A stretch of 64,000 nt of DNA from Octopus sinensis (GCF_006345805.1 NC_043012.1:9114001-9178000); one strand, 5' to 3'. Shown: positions 24,050 through 36,024, counted from the stretch's first letter. Program-made: numbers and translations. The notes: generated by a model from the letters alone, not told the origin.

Positions 24050-25061
24050 AGTTTCCATGGGAACTTACCTAGTTGCAAACAATATTACAGGGACACCATG
24101 ATCTCGATCCTCCTCATGTTCCAGACAATAAGTCCCTAACATATTCTTCAACACTTGGTGGTAACGTTCTAAGGCTCCCTATGCTTGTGGGTGATACGCT
24201 GTAGAAAGAAGTTGTTTGATCCCTAACTTATACATAAATATCTGGAAGACGCTTGACATGAAATTGGATCCCCGATCTGACTGAATTTCTTCTGGAAAAC
24301 CGAACTGGGTGAATAACTTCACCAAAGCATCAGATACAGTAGTTGCAGAAACTTCTTTCAATGGAATTGCCTCGGGAAACCTAGTCGCCTGATCCAGTAC
24401 AGCGAATAAGTAGCGATATCCTGACTTTGTTCTGGGCAATGGACCAACCACGTCAATAATAATCCTGGAAAAGAGTTCTTTTACAGCCGAAATGGGTTTT
24501 AAGGGTGTCTTTTCGATGGTTGCATTGGGTTTTCCCCACTAACTGACATGTTTTACAACTTCTACAATAACTAGCAACATCAGAAAATAAACTTGGCCAA
24601 TAAAAGTGCTGTAAAATTCTATACTTGGTTTTTCCAGCCAATGGAATATCGTGTACCAGATTCATAATATCAAGTCTATACTCCTTTGGGACTACAATTT
24701 TCTCCCTAACTTGCCAATGATCAGATACTGAGACATCATGTGGCCTCCACTTCCTCCTTAAAACACCATAATGAAGATAAAAACATATTGGTAACTTCTC
24801 TGCCTCTTTCTCTGAGAAAGCTCTATTATAAAACTTGCTTAAACTGCTATCTTCTTTCTGCTTAAGGATTATAGTTTTCTTGTCTGCTTTGAATTCATCT
24901 TCACTCGGATAAGTAGGCTCCTCACAACCAGAATTCGGATCCACAAGGAAAGTATTAGACAAAGCTATGCTATCATCATTAACTGAACTAACATTAGATC
25001 CTTCATTACTGGGACTTACACTAGCCTCACTATTCATAGCCTTGGTCTGGGACCAAGTCAC
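24050..25061 (-). pseudogene. pol: Gypsy integrase (zinc-binding plus rve core), truncated
   Basis: VVPKEYRLDIMNLVHD..ILQHFYWPSLFSDVASYCRSCKTCQ, then GPLPRTKSGYRYLFAVLDQATRFPEAIPL..IQSDRGSNF..STAYHPQA*GALERYHQVLKNML. Confidence 0.93.
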
Positions 25062-25576
25062 TGCACATTCAGGAAAATTCCTGGATACAATGTCTCTAAC
25101 TTTTCTGTCTCTTGATCAGTTTCAGGTTTAGACTGCACAATAGGAACTGCATAAACTTTATCATCTGCAATATCATTGCCTAACAAAAGATCCACACCAT
25201 CAATAGGGAAAGTGGTACCTAATCCAACAGTAACTGGACCTACTACATATTTACAATCAAAGTGAATTTGATACAAAGGAATGGAATCATATCCTGTTGT
25301 AACACCTTTAATTAATACTTCCTTTCCTAAAGATGTCAGCATGCTAATAGGTATATCATCAGGCTTCAAGAGAGTTTGTTCTTCACCAGTATCTCTAAAA
25401 AGTGTAACAGACTTAGGGGTAGACGAACTGTCAGAAGTAGCATCAATACTAAAACTATCCACACCTGAAGTCATAACTAAATCTGCATCAGCCGCATCAG
25501 AAACACCCACATCTGGGTCCAACTTAATCTTCGACAAAACCCCTGTGTCTGAAAAACACTTAAAACCTGAGGGCAC
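25058..25576 (-). pseudogene. pol: Retropepsin-like protease region
   Basis: TLFRDTGEEQTLL (DTG site) and GVDLLLGND. One restored base at about 25070 gives GIFPECAVTWSQTKA and joins it in frame to the integrase ORF. Confidence 0.85.
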
Positions 25577-25679
25577 AGCTACCTCTACAGAACCTACAAC
25601 GTTTGAAAAATCACAACACTTAAAAGCTGCTTCAAGAACAGCTCGATATCCCTGGACTGACCTGCTTGAGCTGCCTCCT

Positions 25680-26390
25680 CCTTAGCCTTTAACTTTCTAC
25701 TATCAGCAATTAAGTGTCCGGGAGTCTTACAGTAGTGGCAGGATTTAGAAGAAGCACTATATTGAGGCTTCTGCTGCTTCTGGCCTACTTCTGTTTTCTG
25801 AGTAACACCATCTGACTTGATAAACTGTTTTCATTGTCATCCTTTTGTAGACGCTTGCCGTGAATCAATGCACACTCATCTGCGAGTCTTGCTGCTTCAG
25901 CTAAAGCATTATCCTGCCTTTCAGCTACAAAATCTCTCACGTCATAGGGAGACTTATTCAAGAACTCTTCTAGCAGCATTAACTCTTTAGACCTAAGCCA
26001 CTTATCCCACATTATGCTTTTTGTCTAGTGAATTTTATGCACGAATCGGAGGAATTTTTCCAAGCTTGCCTAAACTTTTGCCGGTACACTTTAGCTACCT
26101 GTTCATGATAATCTAATATCTTCTGTTTAACTAAGCCATAATCTTTGCAATCAGCTACACTCATAACAGAGTAAGCTGAGTTTGATGTAGTACTGACCAC
26201 TTATTTTTAGGCCATTTCAATAACTCATCTGAGAATTATCCAAATCACTATCCTGAAATCTAGTAACAAATTTACTAGCACTAGCAATGTTAAAGCGTTT
26301 AGATGGAGTAGCAACATCAGCCTTCTCAGGTTCAGAATCAATTTGATTAGCTTTTAATTTTAGTTCTAACACTTGAAGTTCACACGCCTG

Positions 26391-26483
<93 letters not shown>

Positions 26484-26839
26484 AACTTTTAAGTCAATTT
26501 CTAACCGATCTCTATCGGCGACACGTTTTTCTTGTTCTAACTTAATTTCAGCTTCGCGTTTTTCTTTTTCTAAGCTAATTTGCAATCTTAACTTTTCAAG
26601 TTCATAAGCCATCATTCTTTCACTAGCTGATAATTGAGGGGTGACTGAATCACCGATGGAAGACATTTTACCCTCAACAATTAGGGCTTGTTTCACATCC
26701 CAAAAAAAAAAAAAATTTTAAGACTACTTGCGGATACCTCTAAACCAAATTTAGCACTCACCTCGACAAGCGCATCTTTGTTTAACTGCTGAAGTACCCT
26801 CAGAGTGATGGTATCTTTCTGCAGTAAGGCTTCTGCCAT
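25680..26839 (-). pseudogene. gag: Gag (frameshifted) with SCAN-like segment and degenerate CCHC knuckle
   Basis: ATG at 26839 (MAEALLQKDT..NKDALVEVSAKFGLEV), coiled coil, DYGLVKQKIL..YRQKFR, WLRSKELMLLEEF..EAARLADE, and SCHYCKTPGHLIADS at about 25700-25740. Confidence 0.85.
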
Positions 26840-27007
26840 GGTGCACCCAATGACTCCCGTAGTCAACAATATAGTAAGACACCAGTTAATACAGATTTAC
26901 AAATAATACCTAAATGGTAATATTTAACAAAAGGCTGTTTTACAGTTTACTAAATTATATATATTTTTTTAAAAGAAAAGATTGGTGTGTACAAAACTGT
27001 TCGGATG

Positions 27008-27022
27008 CCGGACGAGCCCTCA
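27008..27022 (-). promoter_or_regulatory. Primer-binding site complementary to the tRNA-Pro 3' end
   Basis: Minus TGAGGGCTCGTCCGG, 3 nt inside the LTR. One mismatch to TGGGGGCTCGTCCGG expected from tRNA-Pro (..CCGGACGAGCCCCCA). Confidence 0.85.
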
Positions 27023-27025
27023 CTT

Positions 27026-28497
27026 TGTTACAACCTGGTATCCATAAACCGAATCAACACAACCAACAATGATGGGGTGAACCCAAAACAACAACACACC
27101 ATGAAGTTTTTAAAAAATATTATTAGCAATTAAGCGTACACAACATACACAAACAACTTACATACAAACAAATATATAGGAACAAATAAATTAATGCTAC
27201 ACTAGACGTGCAGTCAAAATATTTATAAAAGTAAAATATATACAGTTTAGAAACTTGGATTCAGAAATTTGGTTTCATAAATTTGGCTTCATAAATTTGG
27301 ATTCCGAAAATTTGGAATCCGAAATTTGGTTTCATAAATTTGGTTTCATAAATTTGGATTCCGAAAATTTGGAATCCGAAATTTGGTTTCATAAATTTGG
27401 TTTCATAAATTTGGCTTCATAAATTTGGATTCCGAAAATTTGGAATCCGAAATTTGGTTTCATAAATTTGGCTTCATAAATTTGGATTCCGAAAATTTGG
27501 AATCCGAAATTTGGTTTCATAAATTTGGTTTCATAAATTTGGTTTCATAAATTTGGCTTCATAAATTTGGAATCCGAAATTTGGTTTCATAAATTTGGTT
27601 TCATAAATTTGGCTTCATAAATTTGGATTCCGAAAATTTGGAATCCGAAATTTGGTTTCATAAATTTGGTTTCATAAATTTGGTTTCATAAATTTGGCTT
27701 CATAAATTTGGATTCCGAAAATTTGGAATCCGAAATTTGGTTTCATAAATTTGGTTTCATAAATTTGGTTTCATAAATTTGGCTTCATAAATTTGGATTC
27801 CGAAAATTTGGAATCCGAAATTTGGTTTCATAAATTTGGCTTCATAAATTTGGATTCCGAAAATTTGGAATCCGAAATTTGGTTTCATAAATTTGGTTTC
27901 ATAAATTTGGTTTCATAAATTTGGCTTCATAAATTTGGATTCCGAAAATTTGGAATCCGAAATTTGGTTTCATAAATTTGGTTTCATAAATTTGGATTCT
28001 GCAATTAGGTTTCGTAGATTTGATTTCTTAAATTTGGTTTTCGAAATTTGGACCCAGATATGACACAGAAATTATTCAAATCTGACAAGCGAAAATTCCT
28101 GGAGCATAAAATAAATCCATAAATGCCTGACACAAAGCACAAAGTGCATAAACTAATCAGGCAATCGAAGCTTCCAGAATCCAATTGAACAAACTTGTCT
28201 CAGAAAAAAAAAAAAAACTTTAACTATCACAAAAAACTGAATCTACAATTATCTCTGCTTATAAAGGTTTGCTAAGCTCTAGCCAATTTATTAGTTTCAG
28301 AGTTTGGGTATTTACACTTAACGTCCCCCATTTTGATAATGGACTTTATCCTGACCTTACAGTGCAACATGCAAAACTGTCTGTTTACTTGTTAAAATCT
28401 ATAATGCAGTGCAGGTAACACTGCCCAATAATAATATTATTTCATAATATACTCATAAAACTGGAATAATTTTAAAGAAAACCTTAATTTCCTAGCA
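27026..28497 (-). repeat. 5' LTR (1472 bp)
   Basis: TG..CA ends, adjacent PBS, and TSD at the outer end. Confidence 0.85.
27255..28052. repeat. Tandem array of 13-15-bp units inside the 5' LTR
   Basis: TTTCATAAATTTGG / CTTCATAAATTTGG units interspersed with ATTCCGAAAATTTGG-AATCCGAAATTTGG. Only about 220 bp of the same array in the 3' LTR (23770-23992). Confidence 0.95.
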
Positions 28498-28498
28498 A

Positions 28499-28501
<3 letters not shown>

Positions 28502-28594
<93 letters not shown>

Positions 28595-28639
28595 CATCTA
28601 TCCATCTATCTATCTATCTATCTATCTATCCATCTATCC

Positions 28640-28718
<79 letters not shown>

Positions 28719-28747
28719 CATCTATCCATCTATCTATCTATCTATCC

Positions 28748-28782
<35 letters not shown>

Positions 28783-28791
28783 CATCTATCC

Positions 28792-28850
<59 letters not shown>

Positions 28851-28871
28851 ATCTATCTATCTATCTATCTA

Positions 28872-28937
<66 letters not shown>

Positions 28938-28952
28938 ACTATCTATCATCTA

Positions 28953-29021
<69 letters not shown>
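28502..29021. repeat. (CTAT)n microsatellite, about 520 bp
   Basis: Directly visible. Confidence 0.98.
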
Positions 29022-29023
<2 letters not shown>

Positions 29024-29340
29024 ATACACACACGTTTGTGTGTGTGTGTCTTTGTCCCCCCCCACCGCTTGACAACTAGTGTTGGTGTATTTACCCCTAT
29101 ACCAACCCCCTACATTTACACCGCGCCCTTATAACAACCCTGCTCTACACCAATCCCTACCCCTATACCAGCACCGTACCCTGTCCCAACTGCAACCCCT
29201 CCCTATTTCTAGAGCAACCCCCTCCTTGCCCCATTCCTCAACTCCTACCCCGCCATTATCTCACCCTGCTCTACAATCCCTACTCAGTGTAAATAAGTAC
29301 AAAGCTTAGTAAAAAATTTAAGTACTGGGGTAAAAAATAT
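29022..29340 (+). mobile_element. 3' half of the type D SINE split by the Gypsy element, with a C-rich insert
   Basis: TGTGTGTCTTTGTCCCCCCCCACCGCTTGACAAC..TGTTGGTGTATTTAC continues the SINE broken at 23543. AATAAGTAC..GCTT..AAG.ACTGGGG resumes at about 29292. Confidence 0.7.
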
Positions 29341-29361
29341 AAGATATTTTACCGTTTAGTT

Positions 29362-29400
<39 letters not shown>

Positions 29401-29888
29401 TGATATTTAGCAGAAGCAACAGAAAGACTTAAGAGTCGAGAGTTTCCTGAATCGACACTTCTCAAAGTAGTTACAGGTCGAAGAGCCGTGAGTTTATATA
29501 GCCGGTGAGATTTACACTTTCCTCCTGGAGTTTTCTAGATCGAATTTTAGAAGCAATTAGAATGTCACACGGGTAATTCATATGTTTCAAATAGTTTACC
29601 CGTACTGCCGTTCAATAAGCAAAAATATATCAATAAGTAAAGAAAGAAAGAAAACTTGCGCTCATCTTCAAAGACACAGACACACAGAGACAAAAACACA
29701 CACACACACACGCACACTCACACACACAAAACAAAATTTTGCGCACATATATATGGGAGAGTATATATAAAATTAGAAAACCTGATTAAGACGCAGGGAC
29801 GCCATTGTGACGTATGACCTAGTACTAGGCATCTTTTCTTGCTCTAGATCTGAACACAGATGGTCTTTTTCCAGGGAGAGAGAGCGAG

Positions 29889-29929
<41 letters not shown>

Positions 29930-30245
29930 GGGAGAGAGAGAGAGAGAGAGAGAGAGAACAGGATCAGCTCCAGTACTGGACTGGTACTTTATTGATCTCG
30001 AAAAGATCGAATATAAATAAATTTGACCACAGTAGGATTTGAACTTGGATCGCAAGCAAGCGGAATGAACACTCCGGCATTGCGATTTATAGTACAATGT
30101 GATCTTCCGTATAAGGCGTCCCCACTAAAATCATAACAATCAATGGTATTTAATATAGTTTTATCTTTGAACGTTCGATTATATTAGTAATTACTTTTGG
30201 TTTCAAAGATTTTATATTAAATCTCAAATTATAGGCGAGTAAACA

Positions 30246-30283
<38 letters not shown>

Positions 30284-31274
30284 ATATATATATACTGGGA
30301 TAAAACTAGTAGATAACCACATATATATATAATATATATTATATAATATATATATATACACACACACATATATATATATAAAAGTAAACACGATATATAT
30401 ATATAATATATATATGTATGTATGTATTTGTATGTATGTGTGTATGTATGTACATGCATATACATGCAAACTTCATACATATACACACACAAGTACATAC
30501 ATATATCATATATACGCACATGTATTCATGCATGCATATACATAAATACATACTTGCATATATATACAAACATAGATACGTATGTCGCACGTGCACACAC
30601 ACACACACACACACACATACACACACAATTCCAATTTCTCTGGAAACTGGAATTATATATAGGTTTTGGAAAATTTGAAATGTCTAAAAATTTTAAGGAT
30701 TCAAACAGCCATCAAATTACTGAAAAACGCAGAGGCAAATATGTGAATTATTATGAATATTCATTTATAACTATCGATTATGTTAGATGTTTAATAATAA
30801 AATATTGAAAATTAATTTACATAACCATGCGATATAAAACTTTGTATAATGTTTTACCATTTTTTTTTTCCCGAAACTAGAATTAATGACTCTAAATTGC
30901 CAAAGAATTTCTATAAAAGTTTTCTCCAAAATCATTAACTCAAACAGATGTGATAAATTATTAATTTTATTTTTTTGTTCGTAATCGCCGATAATCTTTC
31001 TGTTCGCCAGTCCCCGCTCATATCTTAATGCTGTATACTTACGCGTTAACCGGTTTTAAAATTGATGTTTTAGAATAAATTATACGAGGAGAGAGTAAAC
31101 ACGATAGATTATTTATTAAGAAATGAGAGTAGTTATTGATTAGTTGGGGGATATAATAAACTTTAAGGAGGTGTTTAAAATTTCTTAGTAGGGTATCTGC
31201 CAAGGGATGTATTTGATTGTGATTGGTTGTTAAGAAAAGAAACCGAAAGTAAGGTACATATTTGAATTTCACGA

Positions 31275-31900
31275 ATGTATATATGTATGTATGTATGTAA
31301 TTATGTATGTATGTATGTATGTATGTATGTATGTATGTATGTATGTATGTATGTATGTATGCATGTATGTATGTATGTATGCATGTATGTGTGTGTGTGT
31401 GTGTGTATGTGTGTGTGTGTGTGTGTATGTATGTGTGTGTGTGTGTATGTATGAATGCATGTATGTATGTATGTATGTATGCATGTATGTGTGTGTGTGT
31501 GTGTTTGTATGCATGTATGTATGTATGTATGTATGTATGTATGTATGTACGTATGTACGTATGTATGTATGTATGCATGTATGCATGCGTGCATGTATGT
31601 ATGTATGTATGTATGTATGTATGTATGTATGTATGTATGCATGTATGCATGCATGCATTGTATGTATGTATGTATGTATGTATGTATGTATGTATGTATG
31701 TAGTATGTATGTATGCATGTATGCATGCATGCCTGTATGTATGTATATGTATGTATGATGATGTATGCATGTATGCATGCGTGGTATGTATGTATGTATG
31801 TATGTATGTATGTATGTATGTATGGCATGTATGCATGCGCCATGCATGTTATGTATGTATGTATGTATGTATGTATGTATGTATGTATGTATGTATGTAT
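31275..31900. repeat. (TATG)n/(TG)n/(TGCA) compound microsatellite
   Basis: Directly visible. Confidence 0.97.
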
Positions 31901-32226
31901 GTGAGGGCACGTGGCTTTGTGGTTAGGTCATTCGGCTCATGATCGTAAGGTTGTGAGTTCGATTCCCAACGACGCGTTGTGTCCTTGAGCAAGACACTTT
32001 ATTTCCCGTTGTTCCATTCCACTCAGCTGGCAAAAATAAGTAGTACCTGTATTTCAAAGGGCCAGCCTTGTCACACTCTGTGTCACGCTGAATCTCCTTT
32101 GCGAACTACGTTTAGGGTACACATGTCTGTGGAGCGCTCAGCCACTTACATGTTAATTTCGCGAGCAGGCTGTTCCGTTGATTCGGATCAGCTGGGACCT
32201 TCGTCGTCGCAATCGACAGAGTGCTC
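31901..32226 (+). mobile_element. SINE with type-B head and a third tail type
   Basis: GAGGGCACGTGGCTTTGTGGTTAGG..GAGTTCGATTCC..GTCCTTGAGCAAGACACTT..CACTCAGCTGGCAAAAAT. Tail ..GAGCAGGCTGTTCCGTTGATTCGGATC.., also seen inverted at 63920-64000. Confidence 0.88.
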
Positions 32227-32227
32227 C

Positions 32228-32292
32228 TATGTATGTATGTATGTATGTATGTATGTATGTATGTATGTATGTATGTATGTATGTATGTGTGT

Positions 32293-32325
<33 letters not shown>

Positions 32326-32459
32326 TGTATGTATGTATGTATGTATGTGTATGTGTGTGGGTGTATAGGTATGTATGTATGTATGTATGTATGTGTGTGT
32401 GGTGTGTGTGTGTGTGTGTGTTGTATATGTATGTATGTGTGTGGTGTGTGTGTGGTGTG

Positions 32460-32491
<32 letters not shown>

Positions 32492-32537
32492 TGTATGTAT
32501 GTATGTATGTATGTATGTATGTATGTGTGTGTGTGTG

Positions 32538-32571
<34 letters not shown>

Positions 32572-32708
32572 ATGTATGTATGTGTAGGTATGTATGTATG
32601 TATGTATGTGGTGTGGTGTGTGTGTGTGTGTTGTATATGTATGTATGTAATGTATGTATGTATGTATGTATGTATGTATGTATGTATGTGTATGTGTGTG
32701 TGTGTGTG

Positions 32709-32740
<32 letters not shown>

Positions 32741-32792
32741 TGTGTATGTGTGTGTGTGTATGTATGTATGTATGTATGTATGTATGTATGTA

Positions 32793-32825
<33 letters not shown>

Positions 32826-32900
32826 ATGCATGCATGCATGTATCTATGTATGTATGTGTATATGTATAGGTATATATGTGCATGTAAGTATATGTGTATG
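32228..32900. repeat. (TATG)n/(TG)n compound microsatellite
   Basis: Directly visible. Confidence 0.97.
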
Positions 32901-32999
32901 TATGTTGCTTCCCAACCTCATGGTTCTGGGTTCAGTCCCACGGCGTGGCGTCTTGGGTTAAAGTGTCTCTACTCTAACCACAAGCCAACTAAAGCGTTG

Positions 33000-33099
33000 N
33001 NNNNNNNNNNNNNNNNNNNNNNNNNNNNNNNNNNNNNNNNNNNNNNNNNNNNNNNNNNNNNNNNNNNNNNNNNNNNNNNNNNNNNNNNNNNNNNNNNNN
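33000..33099. other. Assembly gap (100 N)
   Basis: Run of N. Confidence 1.
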
Positions 33100-33586
33100 A
33101 GGCGATGATGTGTCAAGACAGTAAAAACACCAGACAAGTTATGCTGTGGCATCTAGCTATGGAGCTTCAATTATGAGCTCAAATCCCGCCAGGGTTCGAG
33201 TTTGGATTTAATCCGGGGGATCTAAAGTAATGTGGATTGTAGGCGCAGGCGTGGCTTGTAGACGCTGGTGTATTTTGTAATCGGAGGCGTGGCTGTGTGT
33301 TAGGAAGTTTCCTTCCCAACGTCAACAAGAAACTATGGCATTACAACCAGCCTGGCAAAGTCTTTGCTACATTTTCGGCACCTGCCAGAGGGAGTGTTTG
33401 TCCAGGGTAGGACTACACAGCCACAGCAGGAGATGTATTAGGACATGAAATGTAAAAGCCGGACTAGAATATTTTATGCGCAACTCCATTGTCTCTCGAG
33501 ACAAAAAGGATGCCAACAACAACAATTATTATTATTATTATTATTATTATTATTGTTATTATTATTATTATTATTATATTATTATA

Positions 33587-33641
<55 letters not shown>

Positions 33642-34093
33642 TTGGTAGGTCTTGAGAGATACATTTATGTCGATAGGGTCAGTCATATCAATGAGGAGGC
33701 ATGATTTTTGGCTGAAGTATTTCAATATACTGTCTGGCTTATTCGCATCTAACTTTCTGTCAGTTTGAACTGTAAAGTTCTAGAGGAGTGAGATGTGACC
33801 ATTTTCAAGCACTGGAGGTGGTTTGTGTTCCCACCAGTTTTTAAGACGGAACAGGTCCAGGTTTTTGCAAATTACCCATGAATATACTGTGCTGCCCTAT
33901 CATGCCTGTTGAGGTACTCTATAGGCGCAAGAAGACTGCACATGGAGACAACATGATCAGTGGTTTCATTCTGTTGTTTACAAACACGACATGTTGGGCT
34001 ACTGCTGTTCTTTAATATGTTGGCCTGGTAGGTAGGCATTGGTCTTGGGCTGCTAAGATAAACCCTTCTGTTTCTGATTTTAAGCCAGAAGAC
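33642..34093 (-). pseudogene. R4/Dong-clade non-LTR retrotransposon fragment (CCHC finger plus restriction-like endonuclease)
   Basis: SGLKSETEGFILAAQDQCLPTR / YQANIL..CRVCKQQNETTDHVVSMC..EYLNRHD / ..TDRKLDANKPDSIL..LLIDMTDPIDINVSLK. Two frameshifts, one stop. (TTA)n on both sides. Confidence 0.88.
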
Positions 34094-34120
34094 ATTATTA
34101 TTATTATTATTATTATTATT

Positions 34121-34674
34121 GAGTGAGAGAGCAGTTCATGCCATCAAAGTGACACTGGGGTAAAATATACGAAGCCCAATATACCCATCATGACTACCCG
34201 TCTGATAAAGGTACACCAGGCAAATGCATCACAACCATATGTGCGCGACATGGTGATCTCATATCAAGATAAACAGCACATGACCTTGCAGGTGGGGCCC
34301 AGTTAGAATTTTCTTCAGGTTGAGTAGCCCATCCTGCTCAAAAGGTCCCTGAATAAGGGTTGCTTTAGGATGTTGAACGAAACACCTATGTTTCCAGAGG
34401 TGAACCATTCAAACTCCAAAGAATCCCTCTCAACACATGGCTATGATGCTCCCCCACTACTTCTGCTCGTGATCAGAGTTGCACATATCGTCAGCCACTA
34501 AGGGACATGCTCAACTGGTTAAGGTCAAACAACTGACAAGCAAATCTGTGGTATTGAGCAGAATATTTGCTCTGGCCCATCTTTTATACCAAGACAAAAC
34601 AATGTACATGATAACACTTCCAATCAGTTAAGATCAGAAGCCATGAGAGCCACTGCCTGGTACTGCATCAGGGC
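34121..34674. mobile_element. 554-bp non-coding module bounded on both sides by (TAA)n arrays
   Basis: Complex, GC-balanced sequence with sharp edges at (ATT)n 34094-34120 and (TAT)n 34675-34760. No ORF. Confidence 0.55.
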
Positions 34675-34761
<87 letters not shown>

Positions 34762-34959
34762 TATGTTCAAATTCAGTTGAGTCAACGTTGTCTTTCATTC
34801 TTCCCGTGTCGATGAAATTAATTAACAACCAGTACTGCCATCGATTTAATCATTTAACTCCCCTTCTCCATAATGTTTTGCCTTGTGCCTGTCATCAACC
34901 ATTATTATAATTATCATCATCATCATCATCATCATTGGTGTTGCTGTTATTATAGTTTT

Positions 34960-35098
34960 TCTTCTTCTTCTTCTTCTTCTTCTTCTTCTTCTTCTTCTTC
35001 TTCTTCTTCTTCTTCTTCTTCTTCTTCTTTTCTTCTTCTTTTCTTCTTCTTCTTCTTCTTCTTCTTCTTCTTCTTCTTCTTCTTTTCTTCTTCTTCTT
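34960..35098. repeat. (TTC)n microsatellite
   Basis: Directly visible. Confidence 0.97.
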
Positions 35099-35711
35099 GC
35101 GTTCCTGATCATAGAACTGCAGGAAACCTGACAAAACGCTGAATGTTGGCGACTGACAGTCACATCATGGATAATATAATCAAAATGAAACAAAACAAAA
35201 CACAGAACGTAAATTGATTTATACGATAGCTGAACCACGAAACACTTGGTTCTAGACTAAATTCTATTACCAGAAGATCCGAATAATCTTTCAATATGTC
35301 TGAATATAATCTTGCTGTGTAGAGTATAAATGAAATAGAATATGATTTATCTGCTGCTTCGACTGGAGTCGGGTGGCTGTATTCAGATTGTCACACGGAT
35401 TCACACATATCCAGTTTAGAAGAAGCTGGAGAATTGTATGAGGTGAGAATTCGGAAACAATAAATGCATTAAGTTACTTCACTGTGTCTCTCATGTGCTC
35501 AGGTACTCACGCACCTGATCCTTTGGGTTCTTTCGCCGATCCTCATTCTTTCTTTTGCTCATTCACTCTCTCATTCACACTCACGCGCAATATATTATAA
35601 TCCAATATCTACATCTATATCTTTATCACATTTAAGCGTTTTTATTTTTGCGAGTTTCCTGACCTGAAATCGTATATTGAAACGGATATTGTTATAAATG
35701 TAAACAAATAA

Positions 35712-35876
35712 TTGAACAACAGAAATATGGGCAATTTACCCTTACAAGGCGAAAGAATTTGTCAACAACCAGCCATGGCACTCGATCCCATATTCCTCAA
35801 AGACACTGGCTGAGTGCTATACTATTAAGCTAAACTTTTCACCGACAAATTCATCCCCGGAATTAGACGCTAAATA
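35712..35876 (-). mobile_element. tRNA-derived repeat, inverted partner of 36025-36192
   Basis: Minus TATTTAGCGTCTAATT..TTTAGCTTAATAGTATAGCACTCAGC..GTCTTTGAGGAATATGGGATCGAGT..GCCTTGTAAGGGTAA aligns with the plus-strand copy. Confidence 0.7.
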
Positions 35877-36024
35877 ATTTATCCAGTATATCTGAAGTTC
35901 TAGCGTAACTCTGCGTTCGAAAACATATCTTCTTATTTATGTCGTACAATACACATTTCGACGCTTCTAATAACCGCTTCGCCCAAATATTCGTTTGTGT
36001 ACATTCATATACATATGGTTTTTC

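Larger units (their letters stand above)
23544..28497 (-). mobile_element. Ty3/Gypsy LTR retrotransposon, Gmr1-like domain order, 3' internally deleted
   Basis: TG..CA termini (TGTTACA at 23544, CCTAGCA ending 28497). ATAT TSD at 23540-23543 and 28498-28501. Two homologous LTR segments, a PBS, and gag, protease and integrase remnants. Confidence 0.93.

Noticed and set aside
27255-28052. CRISPR-like appearance (palindromic repeats at intervals)
   Set aside because: The intervening sequences are themselves repeats, not unique spacers. The array is inside a eukaryotic LTR and there are no cas genes.
28083-28091. LTR boundary at TGACA (28087)
   Set aside because: It matches the end of homology with the 3' LTR but gives no TSD (AGCG versus ATAT). 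The boundary at 28497 gives TG..CA plus ATAT.
29411-29487. 77-nt exon EATERLKSREFPESTLLKVVTGRRA with GTGAGT donor
   Set aside because: Weak acceptor after (CA)n and too short to distinguish from chance.
34615-34674. HDV-like ribozyme at the end of the (TAA)n-flanked module
   Set aside because: Could not fit the P1/P2/P3 nested pseudoknot by eye. Only a simple hairpin is evident.
34846-35238. Poly-Glu/Lys/Arg and poly-Ser/Leu ORFs
   Set aside because: Translations of (TTC)n and (CAT)n arrays.
35323-35442. 120-nt in-frame exon SINEIEYDLSAASTGVGWLYSD..
   Set aside because: Poor polypyrimidine tract and no homology recognised.
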